Positions 37,015 through 52,556 of a stretch of DNA of 64,000 nt are shown piece after piece. Position numbers and translations under genes: made by a program. This DNA comes from Eledone cirrhosa (Eukaryota). Under the pieces are notes generated by a model that worked only from the letters and a program-made list of their open reading frames with translations, made no database searches and was not told the DNA's origin. Each line of letters opens with the position of its first letter. Within the stretch, counting starts at the first letter, position 1. Location of the stretch: the NCBI GenBank assembly GCA_964016885.1, contig OZ024741.1, positions 234,856,001 through 234,920,000 of the forward strand, in the 5' to 3' direction.

Positions 37015-37375
37015 GGGCTTGCAATCGAAAGGTTGTGAGTTCAATTCTCGGACCGGGTGATGTGTTGTTTCCTTGAGCAAGACACTTTATTTCCCATTGC
37101 TCCAGTTTACTCAGCTGTAGAAATGAGATGATAGGGACTGGGGTTCATATCATTCCACTGCAAAGTGGTCGTGGAGGTGCCACGGCAAAAAAGCACCCAG
37201 CACTCACTGTAAATGAGGTTGGTGTTAGGAAAGGCATCCAGCTGTAGAAATCAAGCCAGAATCAGTTCCCGTATGAGCAAGACAAGGTCAGCCGACCGGA
37301 CACTGCCCACAACAGGACAATCCGTCTAAGCCATGCTAGCGTGAAAGAACGGACGTAAAACAGTGATGATGATTA
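37015..37375 (+). mobile_element. SINE family B, near full length
   Basis: B box gtgagttcaattct; body matches the reverse complement of 8930-9595; (GAT)n tail. Confidence 0.85.
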
Positions 37376-37716
37376 TGATATATATGTATGTGTGTGTGTA
37401 ATAAACGACTGATAAGTTTCAAAAAGCTTATACAATGCGGTAGAAATATATAAAGGACAAAGGTCGACAAATAAAACAAAAGAAAGTAATGTTTTACCCA
37501 GTATATTTCAGCATGATATTTCAGGGCTAATACCCTCTTTTCAAATGTGAAACGGAAACAGTTCAAAACAAAAACGAACGATCGATGGATTCTTTCCTAA
37601 ATGGTTTGCGTGTCTGAAATACGCACGCGTGGAGCCATTCTGCTTCGTGCATGACTGGCTTTTTGAAACTCATCAGTCGTTTATTACATACCTTACAATG
37701 CTTCGTATTAACAATA

Positions 37717-37786
<70 letters not shown>

Positions 37787-37833
37787 AATGAATAATAACA
37801 GGTAGACATCATAAAAAGGTAATTTATTCTGTG

Positions 37834-37945
37834 TGCTTACAAATGTTTCCACGGTGGTTATACAGCCTAGTTATGCTATGTGCAAATTTATAACTATTTG
37901 CAAAACTCAATTATCAAATGCTGTGACCACTGTATCATCAGAGCA
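37834..37945 (-). ncRNA. Type I hammerhead ribozyme with ~85-nt stem II domain
   Basis: Minus strand: tgct-CTGATGA-tacagtggtca-cagc...gctg-ta-taaccaccgtg-GAAA-catttg-TA-agca. Confidence 0.68.
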
Positions 37946-38214
37946 GAATGGTTAAAATGTAAAATGTAAATACCCTTAAGTGAGGTTATTGGGGAAGATA
38001 GAGTTGAAAAGGAAGAGAGAAAGAAAGGGAGAGGAGTTTCTTCAACTATTCTTCCATAACTCGTTGAGTAACCCCTCACCGTACGTCAACTCTATCCATT
38101 GTAGTAATTAACGATTACTGCATCCAGGATAATCCTATACCTAATATATATATATATTTATTTATTTATTTATGTTTGTTGGTTCACCACTGGATAGAAT
38201 TTGTTATATTTCGA

Positions 38215-38272
38215 ATACCTGATGATATCACCGAATTCATACGGAACCCGGTCATTGAAATGATCATAGTAT
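38215..38272 (+). ncRNA. Type I hammerhead ribozyme
   Basis: atac-CTGATGA-tatcaccg..cggtcatt-GAAA-tgatca-TA-gtat; palindromic AUGAUCAU stem III; lies in a TA-flanked insert. Confidence 0.75.
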
Positions 38273-38318
38273 AATAAACCTTTCAAGGATTTGCACAAGT
38301 CCAGCCTCCTGTTATTTT

Positions 38319-38368
<50 letters not shown>

Positions 38369-38569
38369 CAATAACAGAGATAGTTTAAAGCTAATCTCTA
38401 ACTGGTAACCATCTCACTCAACAAACATTAGGTTATATTTTAATATAAACCCAATTTAAGTGTTTGGGGTGCTAACAATATGTATTATGTGGAAAAGCCA
38501 GTTGTATTATTTTATGAGATATAATTAAAGTTAAAATATCTCTCATATATATATATACATATGTGTGTG

Positions 38570-38776
38570 TGTATGAATTAACGTTAAGACAGATGTTACA
38601 TAATCGTATTTTTGCCTAATATATATTCCACTGACATCAGTGTGCAATCGTTATGCAACCATTGCAACATCAGTCATGATTACATAACGGCTGGACATCG
38701 GTGTCACTGAAATGAAACATGTATTATGCAATAAACACGATTTTGTAACGTTTGTCTTAACGTCAATTCACACATA
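38570..38776. mobile_element. Imperfect ~200-bp fold-back (MITE-like)
   Basis: tgtatgaattaacgttaagacagatgttaca pairs with tgtaacgtttgtcttaacgtcaattcacaca; pairing continues inward with mismatches. Confidence 0.6.
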
Positions 38777-39028
38777 GACACTCCATCGTATTGCTGGATA
38801 TATATATATATGACTGACGTGGAGTGCTCTTAACTGATTACACCTGATTATCAACGAAATGTGACAACGCAAGTCTTACAGATAAGCAACTACTATATGT
38901 ATATATATATAATTATACCCTGGAGTAAACAGACCCACTTGTGTACTTCGAGTGCTCTACCCTGCATACAAAAGTGTCGGTGATAAACTAACACATGCTC
39001 TAATTTATATATATTATACATATATATA

Positions 39029-39687
39029 TCTGTATATATATAAAGATGAAGTTTTCTGTATGTGTGTGGACAATTTTTAATGAGGGCTCATATATTCTAA
39101 ACCATTCATGCGATTTCTTTGAGATTTTTTACAGAGCTTCTCCTTGCACAAAACCTGTACATGATCTACAAAGGCTTTCAAAAATCAATATTGGGGCCTT
39201 TGGAGACATTAAAAAAGTTTCGGTTATTTGTGTGAATTTTCGTGATTAAGTAAGACAAGAGTTATCTTTCGTTATTCGGCTCTTCGGATTTTAATTTACT
39301 CTTTGTACTTGAAACAAAAGGTACGCTTCCTTGAGACTAACAATATCATTTTGTATATTTCACAACCAGCAATTTCTAACAGATTACTAAGTTAAGTTAT
39401 AGATTTGACATTGTATAATTTATCGTTTCATGCTTGATGTTCATACATTAAGTGATGTCATAACTTTTACAATATTATGTTTTGTACATAATAGTGTCTA
39501 TTATTCACTCCTCTATTTCATGATGCGCTTTTACTGTTGTCGAAAAAGACACCGAGCTCACATAATAATTATTTCGCTGGAATAGTGCCTAAGGTTTTCA
39601 TGTTTACATAAAGTACGTTTTTCTTCTATGTATTCAAATTTACTTTTGTTTACTTTAATGAGCTACATCGAAAGCTACTTGAACCTT

Positions 39688-39690
<3 letters not shown>
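39029..39690 (+). mobile_element. Possible Helitron 5' portion
   Basis: A|TCTGTATATATATAAAGATGAAGTT...tgtatgtgtgt resembles Helitron 5' ends; no CTAG 3' end found, so the right boundary is a guess. Confidence 0.35.
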
Positions 39691-39726
<36 letters not shown>

Positions 39727-40004
39727 GTTTGAATATGTGTAATAAGGCCAAAACAATGCAGGTATGGACATAGAAAAAAGAATGCAATAGTAAAAGATAT
39801 TGTTGAGAATTTGTCTTTCACCTTGAATTTATTTAAATGTCCTTAATTTTCGAGATAATATCTCTTCTTCGGAGGGAAGTAAAGGTCTCAAGCCAGCGTC
39901 TTAAATCTCTAGCCAAGCCATGCTGACCGGAAATAGTATAGAGTATCTGTTCTAACTCTAATATCAAAGAATTAAAATTAGGTGGATAAAAAAAAATTAG
40001 GTGG

Positions 40005-40039
<35 letters not shown>

Positions 40040-40066
40040 TATATACGTTTACGTACATATATACTA

Positions 40067-40150
40067 AGTCTGATGAGCAGATCAGGCTGGAGTTGGGTCT
40101 ATAACATTTACATAGATCCTGAACCACCCATCGGTGAAACGTTTGTAACT
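40067..40150 (+). ncRNA. Type I hammerhead motif with long stem II
   Basis: agt-CTGATGA-gcagat..gggtctat/atagatcc..atcggt-GAAA-cgtttg-TA-act; stem I is only 3 bp. Confidence 0.55.
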
Positions 40151-40334
40151 GTATAATCAACAAAGACCTTAATGTGAAACCTCGCTTTGTTTTCGACACA
40201 TATATATATATTTATTTAAACACACACACACATATTAAACCTTTAATATGTGTGTGTTTGTATATGTATAATGGTAGTTTATATTACTATGTATTTGTAT
40301 GGAGCTACATAAAAGGTTAGGTTCAGAGAGGAAG

Positions 40335-40404
<70 letters not shown>

Positions 40405-40652
40405 GTAGAATAAAAAAAAAAGGTCACCAATTGAGATAGGAAGATAGACTGATAGGTGGGGTAGTGTGAGTGAGAGAGAGAAAGAAATGTTTAGGAGAAA
40501 CAGATATGTAACAGACACAGAGAGGCAGAGTGAGGAAGGAGAGAGAGAGAGAGAGAGAGAGAGAGTTAGTGTGAGAGAGAGGTTTAAGAGGGGGAGTGAC
40601 AGAGGGAGAAGTGGGTAAGTAAAATTGGAAGGAAAAGAATGAATGTGAATGA

Positions 40653-40729
<77 letters not shown>

Positions 40730-41654
40730 GAAATAAAATAAGGGAGTTTGATGGAATAAGTACCCCAAATGAAATACATTGTGGAATTGATCTGGTTAGA
40801 CTAAAAAATCCTTGAAGGTGTTGCCTCAGCATGGCCACAGCCCAATAACTGAAACCATTAGAAGAATAGAAAAAAATACCATGGGAAATAACTAAAATGT
40901 AGGGGTTGATGACATTGGTATGTGATGAGATGATGAAATATTTGATATCTATATATATAGTATTGCCACTTATAATCCAATTCATTAAATATATATATAC
41001 ATAATATATGTCACATAAAACAATGATAATGATGAAGATGATTAATTAATGTATATTCATGCACACACACACATATCCATCCATCAACCCCTAAATCCAG
41101 ATGAAGTTGTAGCCTTGGACATGATTGCATGGTTGTCTCATCTGATATATCATATCCTTACATATTGTACCATTTTGTCTATCCTCCTCTGATGACAGTG
41201 ACAAAAAGTTCTGCTCCTATTAATAGTCAAATAGTCTCAACTTCATCCCATAGCAGATCAACATATTTCATACCTATCTCTTCAGTTTTGCTACTACCAG
41301 TTGATATCATATCTACTTATCTTTTCCACTGATCACAATGATCAAATGCCCTGCCTCCATCCAACCCACAATGTTACATCACCTCTTCATTTTGCTATTC
41401 CCACTCTGGTTTGCGTCATGAATGACTAGTTTTGATGGCTGTTCTACTTGCTGTGGGATTATCTACCAAAACTACATACACACATATAAGGTCAGATACA
41501 CAAGAATGGCAATGGTTAAGTTATTTGCTTCAAATATCATGGTTTTGGTTTTCATCCCACTACACAGCATATGGGTAAAACTCTTCCTTCTACCAGAGGT
41601 TGACCAAAGCCTTTGGAGCTAAATTTAATACAAGGAATTTGTACAGAAGCTCAT

Positions 41655-42010
41655 CATTTATTTTATCAACGCTGGAAACATGAAAGGCAAAGTTGACCTT
41701 GGTGTGATATGGACTCAAAACATAAAGGGCCATAACGAAATGCTGCAAAGCATTTTCTCTGATGCTCTAACAATTCCACCAATCCACCACCCTTATAATG
41801 ATTTCTAATTTAGACACATGGCCTTCAATTTGTGGGGAGAGGAAAGTTGATTACATTGGTCCCAGTACGCAACTGGTACTAATATATCGACTCCAAAAGG
41901 ATGAAAAGCAAACTAGACATTGGCATGATTTGAACTCAAAATGTAAGAGCATCATAACTAAGTATCATGAAGCATTTTGTCTGATGCTCTCACGATTCAA
42001 ACAACCTACT
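41655..42010 (-). mobile_element. Two diverged SINE family A copies
   Basis: atgaaaggcaaagttgacct...gcattt...gatgctct twice. Confidence 0.65.
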
Positions 42011-42611
42011 GTCCTCAGTGGCAGTAAATAATGAGTGTCTGAAAGGTTAAAGGTAGCAGAGTGACCAGCTGGACTGTAACAAGTTAACGGCCAATAATTA
42101 TAACAGGGTGGACCAATTAAATCAGCCTCTTGCTAATGACCAGTAATAATAAGAGAAGGACCAAGGCAGAAAGCATATAAGCTGGTGGTCAGTGATTACA
42201 GCATAGAGTGACCAATTAAATCAAGCCTCCTCTTGCTAATGACTAGTAATAAATCACAGACTAACCAATTGTGATCAGTTTGTGATTTAATGTATCATCC
42301 TCATCATGATCACCATCACCATAAACAACATCATCCACATCCTCATTCCCATCACCATTCTTTTCCTCTTCACCACCATCACCATCATCATTCCTGCCAC
42401 CACCACCACCAGTTTTCCTCCCTACTGGTGTATGGAAAGAAGTACTCCACACTTTCCAATGGATATATGCTATGCTTGTGTATGTGTTTATACACATTAC
42501 AGGATATGTATATATAACTTCACCACCACCATCATCATCATCATCATCATCTAACCCATGCCAACATGGAAAATAGATGTAAAATGATGATATTGATAAT
42601 ATAAGTATGAA

Positions 42612-42688
<77 letters not shown>

Positions 42689-43156
42689 GGACACAGAGTA
42701 ATCAATGTTGAAGGCATAGAGTAAGATTGTACAGCATTATATAAATACAATGTATATAAGTCTGATTGGTTGATTCTGACAGAGTTTTAATCTGTGTTAA
42801 GTAAATATTATGTACAGAAGATAGCTGTACCCTGATACAGTGGTGGGTAGCTTGACAGACAATGCTAGGTTTAAATACAAGCAGGGTACAGATGTTGGTT
42901 TTACCTTGATGTAGTACTGCATAGCTTGACAGACAATGGTGGAAGGTTTAAATACAAGCAGAGTACAGAATCTACTTGTACTCTGATGTAGTGGTGCATA
43001 GCTTGACAAACAATGGTGGACAGTTCAAGTACAGTCAATAGTATATCTAAGAATAATTAAGGTAAACTGTTGCAGTTCTTTAGCCCTGAGCCAACCCTTA
43101 TCAAGCAGTCATAGGATATGATCAAAAGCATTCTAACATTTTTTTCAGAAATAGTC

Positions 43157-43192
<36 letters not shown>

Positions 43193-43425
43193 TTTATCAT
43201 AAGGATTTTCTGCCCTATGTTTAAACTTCTATGTTTCAACATTTCGATAGCAAATGAGAAATCACTGAACCTTTCTTAAGCATAGAAGAACACTTGTATA
43301 ATAGGTCTTACTGGTCTAAACTGGTAACATCAGAGAGAGATAGAGATGGAGATAGATATATATCATCATCTTCGTTTAACGTCCATTTTCCAGGCTAGTA
43401 TGGGTTAGACTATATATATATATAC

Positions 43426-43523
<98 letters not shown>

Positions 43524-43719
43524 TAATGTGACTATTTAGAAGCTTCCTTGCTGGCTTGCTAATGTTGGCATTGGGGTTAGGGGTTGGTAAATATATGAAT
43601 TATGATAACTAGAAACTCAGTAGATAAAATAAAACAGTACAATTGTAAATTAAAGAGAGAGGGAGAGGTCTGGGAAGGAGGAGGATTATACATATCTCTC
43701 TCTCTCTCTAGATATATAG

Positions 43720-43840
<121 letters not shown>

Positions 43841-44813
43841 GGCAGCAGATAAAAGAGAGGAGGAGAGATGTGTTGATGGACATTGAAGATAAAATAGTAA
43901 GGGATATATCAAGGCAGACATAGAAGAATGGAAAAGAAGGGGAGGAGGTGAAGAGAGAAGGCAATATATATAAGAGGGGAGTTTAGTAGAGATAAAAGAA
44001 AGAGGATATTAGATTTATGATAGAGAGAATGAAGAGAGCGAAAGAAGGAGAAAAGAGATGTTTGTAAAGATAAGAGAGAGATAGCTTCTATAGATAGTAA
44101 AGATAGTAAGAGGGAGAAGCAACAGTGACAAGTGAAGAGGAATGATAAATAGATAGCACAGAGAGAGAGAAAAGGGATAGTGGTGGTGGTAAATAGTAAA
44201 GATAGAAAGGGAGAAGCAGAGACAAGAGGCAACGATGATATACACACACACACACACACACATATAGGGAACGAGAGCGGGGAGAGAGAGTGTGTGTGTG
44301 TGTGTGTACAGTGATGTAAAAGGGTGAATATGTGTAGGTTGGGGTCAGGGTACACACGACAATACTCCTTGATGGTGATTAGTAAATAGCTTAAAGGGGA
44401 CAGTTTATATAACAAATGTAGAATAGGAAGTATAAGAGGGTTGCTGTTATGTTCTACAACACTGCAGCTCGTACTTTACAACACACACATACCTATGTAC
44501 ATGTGTACACACACACAAATGCTAAGACGGAGAAAACAGCACTCAATATCAAACTAGATTTTAATATTGAATTATATCTTTACAAAACGGTACCCCAAGT
44601 TACATGATGCGGCTCTAATCCACCATCTGAAAACCACAACGTGAAAGTCGCAGAAATTTGTGAAGATTTTCAGTTTCAATAAAAATCAATTCCTTCTTAC
44701 TCTATTTTCCGAGGAAGGACATCGTCAGAAACGTTAACATTTCTTTTAATTTCAGCGTCAAACAAATAACTTAAATTTTTATCCTATCTCGTCTTGTTTT
44801 TTGTCTAATATAG

Positions 44814-44931
<118 letters not shown>

Positions 44932-45239
44932 TCACAACCATGCAGTTCAATGTTCAAACCCTTGTGTATAACAAATGTAGAATAGGAAGTATACCCTGAC
45001 CTTCACCCTTTTACATCACTGTACACACACACACACACTCTCTCTCTCCCGCTCTCGTTCCCTATATGTGTGTGTGTGTGTGTGTATATATATATCATCG
45101 TTGCCTTGGGGAAGCATCCAATATTATATATATAGCCCCAGATTGACCAATACGTCGGGAGCTGAATTTTGTAGACAGAAACTACGCGGAAGTCCCTCTC
45201 TCCGTATGTGTACATATGCTTATAGATATTTATATCGTA

Positions 45240-45509
45240 GGTAGAGGAAAGAGGGGGAGTCAGGTAGAGAAGATAAGAATTGTATAGGGGGAGTCAGGTA
45301 GAGAAGATAAGAATTGTATTGAGTGAGACAGAGAGGGTAAGATTTATGTGAAGGAAGAGACAAATGTGACGACAACATAGAGATGGGAAGGGGACACATC
45401 AAAGTAGACAGAGGGGCGACATTGGAAAATGTGACAGAGAAAAAGAAAGAAAAGAGTCGAGGGGAAAGAGAACCGAAGGACCAAGATAAAGAGACAAACC
45501 TAATCTGAG

Positions 45510-45580
<71 letters not shown>

Positions 45581-45738
45581 GAGGAAAGATAGAAGTAGGA
45601 AGAGGTCAGTATGCCCACACACACACACATTATATATATAGAGAGAGAGAGTGGGGGTGGGAGAGTGAGATTGTGAAAGAGAAAGAAGAGGAAAAGATGT
45701 AGTAAACTAATGCAGGATAAAGAGAAGAGGTAAGACTT

Positions 45739-45774
<36 letters not shown>

Positions 45775-46212
45775 CCGTGTGTGTATGTGTTCATGTATGA
45801 GAGTTTGGGTAGTACACGCACACACATAGCAGATAGAGAGGTGGTAAGAGATAGAGTTAAATAATGTATAGACTGAGGAGCGGGGGATAACTAAAAGCAA
45901 ATGAGAGGGAAGGACTGAGAGAGAATAGAAGAAAGGGGGGATAGCAGACGATATAGAAAGAAGACGAGAGAGAGAGAAAAAAGAAAGATGGATAGCAGAC
46001 GATATAAACAGAGGAATAAGAGAAAATAGAGGAAAGCATGAGAAAGTGAAATAGCAGACGATATAGACAGTTGAGAAGAGAGAGAGAGGGATAACAGATG
46101 ATATAGAAAGGGGAGGAAAGAGAAAGAGTAGAATAAAGTATAAGAAGGATAGCAGACAATATAGTGAAGGGAGAGAAAAGTCTGAGAAAGAGTGATAGCA
46201 GACGATATAGAA

Positions 46213-46258
<46 letters not shown>

Positions 46259-47069
46259 CGGAAAGTATGAGAAAGAAGTTTTAGATGTGATGAGAAACAA
46301 GTGTCGTTGAAGAAAGAGAAGAAAAAAAGGCTGCGTTGAAGAAAGAAGAAAAAGAGAGAGGGAATAGAAGAAAGACAGAGAGAGAGGAGAGAATAAAAGA
46401 AACTGAGAGAGGGGGGGAAAGAGGAGGGCGTAAAAGAAATTAAGAGAGAGGGAGAGAGAATGAACGAGAAAGAGAGAGAGAGGTGGAGAGTCATGAAAAG
46501 AAACGAATTGAAAGGGAGCAGCAGACTGAAAAGGATAGAATGATAGAAAGAGTGTTAGAGAGTGTGTATATATATAATATAAGAGAGAGAGAGAGAGAAG
46601 AAAGTGTCTGTGTTCGTGCATGAGATTATGTGTGAGCATGTGTGTGGGAAAGAAAGTGTCTGTGTTTGTGCATGAGAGTATGTGTGAGAGAGAAAGTGTC
46701 TGTGTTTGTGCATGAGAGTATGTGTGAATGTGTGAGAATGTATGTGTGTGCGAGAGAGAAAGAGAAGAGAAAAAAAAGAATTACATAAGGGCGAGGTAGA
46801 TGGGGCACAGAGAGATGGTGGAGGTAGAGAAAGTGACAGAATAAAAGTGAGCAAGAGAGATAAAGAAAGCGAAAAAAGGAGAAAGAGCGAAATAGAAATA
46901 CTAAAGAGAATATGAGAGTGTGATAGTTAGAGAGAGATTAATAAGTAAAGAGAGAGAAATTGAGAGTGAGAGAGACTGGAATAAGGGAGAGAATGAATGA
47001 GAAAGAGCCAAACCAGATTATATGTATATACAATATTAACACACACACATATATGTATGTGTTGTGTAT

Positions 47070-47102
<33 letters not shown>

Positions 47103-47141
47103 TATATATACCCATGCTAGCGTGGCAGATGGACGTTAAAC

Positions 47142-47214
<73 letters not shown>

Positions 47215-47481
47215 AGAGTATTGATAAAAAATAGTGTAGACAGGAAAAGAAGGAAATAAGTCACAGAGAGAGAGGGGGGAGAAAGAATATTGACTAGGAG
47301 AGGGAGAAATAGAGAAAGATAGGAAAGGAAGAAACTAGAAAGTTTGGAGGCAAAGGGAAATACATAAAATATCTATCTATCTGCCTCTCTGTCTATATAT
47401 GTATGTATGTATATATATATATATGTATGCATGTATATATATGTATGCATGTATATATATGTATGTATGTTTATAGGTATG

Positions 47482-47540
<59 letters not shown>

Positions 47541-47608
47541 GTATGTATATACCTATGTATATATATATACATACACAAACACACATGTGTGTGGTGTGTC
47601 AATTATAT

Positions 47609-47646
<38 letters not shown>

Positions 47647-47817
47647 GAATGTAATATAAATATATGTATTTATGTACACATACACACATATATATATAAC
47701 AGACAGATACGGGTGTTAGTTAGATATATTTATAGGTAGAAAGATAGATATACAGGTATGTGTGTAAGTATATATGTAAGTATACATACATATATATATA
47801 TGTATATATGTGCATTG

Positions 47818-47859
<42 letters not shown>

Positions 47860-49200
47860 GTTATTTATGAAGACGTGTATATATATATATGTGTGTGTAT
47901 ATATATATAATTTGACACAGACACATAGATATCCATACATAACAGACAGGCAGATAGATACGGGTGCCAGATACATGGATCTATAGGTAGAAAGATAGAT
48001 ATACAGGTATGTGTGTAAGTATATATGTAAGTACACACACACACGCATACATATAAAGTGAGATTACACACATACATATTATGAGTAGTATAATAGAGAG
48101 AGGTAAGTATATAGAGAAAGAGAGACAGGAAGATTATGATAGAGAATGTAAAGAGTGGGAGAGAGTGGGGGAGGGAAGAGAGGGGGAGAAACTTACAGCT
48201 GAGACAAGTGGAGTGGTGGAAAAAGTTGTGAGAGAGAGAGAGAGAGTGCGTGGGACAAAAGTGGAAATGCATGAGTGGAGAGAGAGAGTAATGTAGGGGG
48301 TTGAAAGAAAGAGAAACTGTGGCAGTGTTAGAGAGGAAGAGTGAGAGAAAAGGAAAAAAGACAGGAAAAGAGTGACAAAAAAAAAAAATGTGTCGCAGAC
48401 GAAGAAGAAGGAAAAGAAAACAGATTCAGATGAGAGAGTGGGAGTGTTTGAGAAAAAAAAAGTGAAAGAGAAGAGAGAAGGATAGAGTGAAAAATGTGTC
48501 GCCGACGAGGGTGATAGAGAGAAAAATAGAAAGAGTAAAGAGAGCTAGGACAAGAGAGAGATGAGAGGGAGAGAAGAGATACAAGAGAGATATAGAGAAG
48601 AGAGAGCCAAAGGAAGGGGTGACAGAGTAATAGAAGAGATAGAGGCGGAGTAGAAAATATAAGGCTAAGGAGTTGAGAGAAATAGAAAGAACATATGAGG
48701 GGAGATAGAGAAAGTAAGAGAGCAATAAAGTGAAAGAGAATGAAAAGGATGAAAAGAGAAAAGGGTGATATAGAGAACGAATGTATGCAAGAATAGAGAG
48801 AGGTATATGAGAGTTTGTGTGTGTAAGAGAGAGAGAGAGAGGAAGAGGGAAGAAAAACAGAATTAAAGAAGGAGAGAAGGGAAAGACTAATAAATCCAAG
48901 GAAAAAAGGAGGATATAAAGAAATGTGGAAATGAAGCAGACGATAGAAATATAAAACGACAGGAAATATAAGAGGGAGGGAGAGAGAGAAAGGAAGAAAG
49001 TTGACTAAGATATAACAGAGACAGAGAGGAAAGAAAGAAGGGATAAGAAGATAGAAAGAGTAAGAAATGTAATGAAGGGAAGGAGGGAAAAAGTGAGAAA
49101 GAAAGAGAAGAGAAATAGAAATTGATAGACGTGAAACGGAGAGTATGTAGGAGGGAGATAAAAGTATGAGAGAGAGAGAAGGTAGAGAAGCAAAAGTTCA
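45240..49200. repeat. Extended purine-rich (GA) low-complexity region with interspersed TA/TG microsatellites
   Basis: Composition; accounts for the S/L/F-rich minus-strand ORFs. Pyrimidine-rich counterparts at 50890-52050 and 58160-60125. Confidence 0.85.
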
Positions 49201-49296
49201 ACATGTATATATATATATAAGAGAGTGTATATAACACATATCTATCTATTTCCTCTCTTTCTCTCTCTATATATATATAACTACACACACACACAC

Positions 49297-49329
<33 letters not shown>

Positions 49330-50188
49330 GTTATATATATAGAGAGAGAGAAAGAGAGGAAATAAATAGATGTTATATATATATATATATAGTACACACA
49401 CACACACAAACATATATATATGTATATATACACTATATATATGTGTGTGTGTGTGCATATGTATGCGCCCATATAAATACGTAGCCAAACACACACATAT
49501 GCCTGTATCTTTCTTTTTCTCTTCCCCTTCTCTCTGTATATGTGTATGTGAGTTTAATATACACACACATGCGCATAACTGTATACACGTATATGTGTAT
49601 GTATGTTTACATGTGAATGAGAAAACAAGATAAAAAAAACACATATAAAAGTAGTTTTGTACATAAAATTTCATTAAAAAAATAGACAGTGAGCACCATT
49701 ATATCTATCTATATATCTATATAAATATACATCCATATACACACCAACATATACGCGTGTATCCACACACACACACACACACATATATATGTGTATATAT
49801 ACATATAATCCAGAGGAGAGATTGATAGTAAAATAAATTTAGATAGATATTAGAAAGGGTATTTCATATATGTTACATGTTAAAACATAAACATACTTTT
49901 AAAGACAGATAGAAAGACAATTAGAAGAGAAAAGTACCATCTCTCTGTCTGTCTTTCTCTTTTTAAGAGAGAGAAAAAGAGAAAGTGTGAGGAAAAATTG
50001 AAAAATAAATTCACTTTATAGACATATATATATATATATGTGTGTGTATGTATATATACATACATAAAGTATGTATATACATATATATGTATATGTATAT
50101 TATGTATGTATCTATACTTTTCAATATGATCAGATCGCGTGTATATCGCGTGTTCTTTTACACTCTCTCTTTCCTTCTTTATATATAT

Positions 50189-50304
<116 letters not shown>

Positions 50305-52026
50305 TGATGGGTAGATAGACAGAAAGAATGAGATATGTATATACAGATAGATAACATAAACAGACAGAAAGAGCAAGAAAGAAAGTCAAGCATATAAATA
50401 GATAGATAGATAGATATGTTTCTTTATTAGCCACAGGGGCACAAAAGGAGGGGAAAAATACAAAGGGGGAAGTTTACATACAATAAAAACGTGTAAAATA
50501 CTATCACAAATGCAATTTAAAAATTAATCGATTTTCCCCAATAGGGGGAGACATTACATATGGGTAACACATACCCCCGAAAAAATGTGCAACCCTCATC
50601 TCCAGGATAGATTGATAGATAAACAGCAACAGACAACATAGATGACTAGAGATAGACACATAGAGAAATAGATAGACTGACATAGGTAACAACATAAAAA
50701 AGAGGCAAACTTACCTTAACGATGAAACACTTGCTGATGTTGTTATTCTTGTGTTGACACTATATTATCATCTATCTGTGGGTATGTACCCCAGGTAAGA
50801 TGGATGGATCGATGATAGAGTGGTCCACACTTCTTTTTTTAATTCATCTACCCAACTTTATGAGTTTTGATCAGCTTCGATCTATGATCGGGCGGCTGTT
50901 TTCCCTTTTTCCTTCCTCCCTTCTCTTCACCTCGTCTCTCAGTCTATGACTGTCGCTTGTCTGTGTCTATGTGTGATTGCATGTATGTCTCTCTCTCTCT
51001 CTCTCTCTCTCCTGTCTGTCGTTTCCCCTCCCTTACTCTCTCTCTCTATATATATCTTTTTATCTAGCTTCCCCTTCCTTCAGCCTCTTTTTCTCTCTAC
51101 CGTCGTCTCCACTCTCTCGTTCTATTTCTCTCACTCTCTCACTTTATCCTCCTTCCCCTTCTCCTTTCACTCTTTTTTCTCTCTACCGCCGCCTCCCTCA
51201 TTTTAGCTAGCTTCCCGTTCTCCGTTCTGTCTCTTTATCTCTCTCTACCGCCGTCTCCACTCGCTCCCCCTCTCTTTCTTTATCTATCTTCCCCTACTCC
51301 TTTCACTCTTTATCTCTCTACCGCCGCCTCTCTTGCTCTCTCTATATACATCTCTTTCTTTTTATCTAGATTCTCCTTCTCCTTTTATCCTCTTTTTCTT
51401 TCTACCGCCGTCTACTCCCTTGTTCTCTATCCCTCTCTTTCTATTTTACTTTTTATCTAGCTATCCCTTCTCTTTTCACACTCCTTTTCTTTATACCACC
51501 GTCACCCCTCACTCATTCCCTCGCTCTCTTTCTATATACACCTCATCTCTCACTCTATCTAGCTTCCTCTTCTCATTTCATTCCTCGCTCTCTTTGTCTA
51601 CTCTTTCTCATTCTCCCACTCTTTCTGTTGCCGTCTTCCTTCCCCCACTACCTCTCCTTATCAAGCTTCCTCTTAATTCTCCCCTCTCTCTTGCCTTAAC
51701 TTTCTTTCTCTCTTTTTATCTTGCCCTCCGCCTTCTTATTTCTTTTTCTTTTTCTACCATGTTTCTTCTTCTCAATTCTCCATTCTCTTTCTCTCTCTTT
51801 ATCTTGTTTCCTCTACAGTCTTCCCTATCTCTCACTCTTCTTCACTCTCTATGTACATAACACCCCCTTGCTTCCTCTTTATCTCTGTACCTCTTTCTGT
51901 TTCTCTATGTTTGTATGTCTCCCTCCTTTCTCTCTCTCCCTCTCTCTTTTCCTAGATGTATATTTTTCTTCCTTTTTCTGTCTCTGTCTCTATATTTCTA
52001 TTCCTTCCTCTTTTTATCCCCCCCCC

Positions 52027-52060
<34 letters not shown>

Positions 52061-52334
52061 CTACAACCCCTGTGTAACGCCTCCCCCTATTGGGGATTTC
52101 AATTGTTATTTGTTATTTTATTAATAGTTTTATTTTCATATACCTGTATGTAAACTCCCCATTTGTATTTGTCCCCTTCTTTTGTGCCCTTGTGGCTAAC
52201 TAAAAAAGAAATTTATCTATCTATAAGTTGATACAATTTTTATGTAAACTCCCCGCCGTCACGTCTTGTAATGTCCCATTTCTTGTACGCCCTTGTGGCA
52301 AATAAAGAAAGATATCTATTAATCACTCTCTCGC

Positions 52335-52407
<73 letters not shown>

Positions 52408-52556
52408 ATATATATTGATATATATTGATATATATAGTTATCTATCTACATATCCTCTATCTATTTGTCTGACTATCTATCTATATATTTATCCATCAAT
52501 CTACACATTCTCTCTCTCTCTCTCTCTCTGTATATATATATATATATATATATCAG

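Noticed and set aside
45220-46639. 424-aa and 260-aa hydrophobic ORFs as membrane proteins
   Set aside because: Translations of CT-rich low-complexity sequence; the same applies to the YI, HT, SL and RE ORFs throughout.
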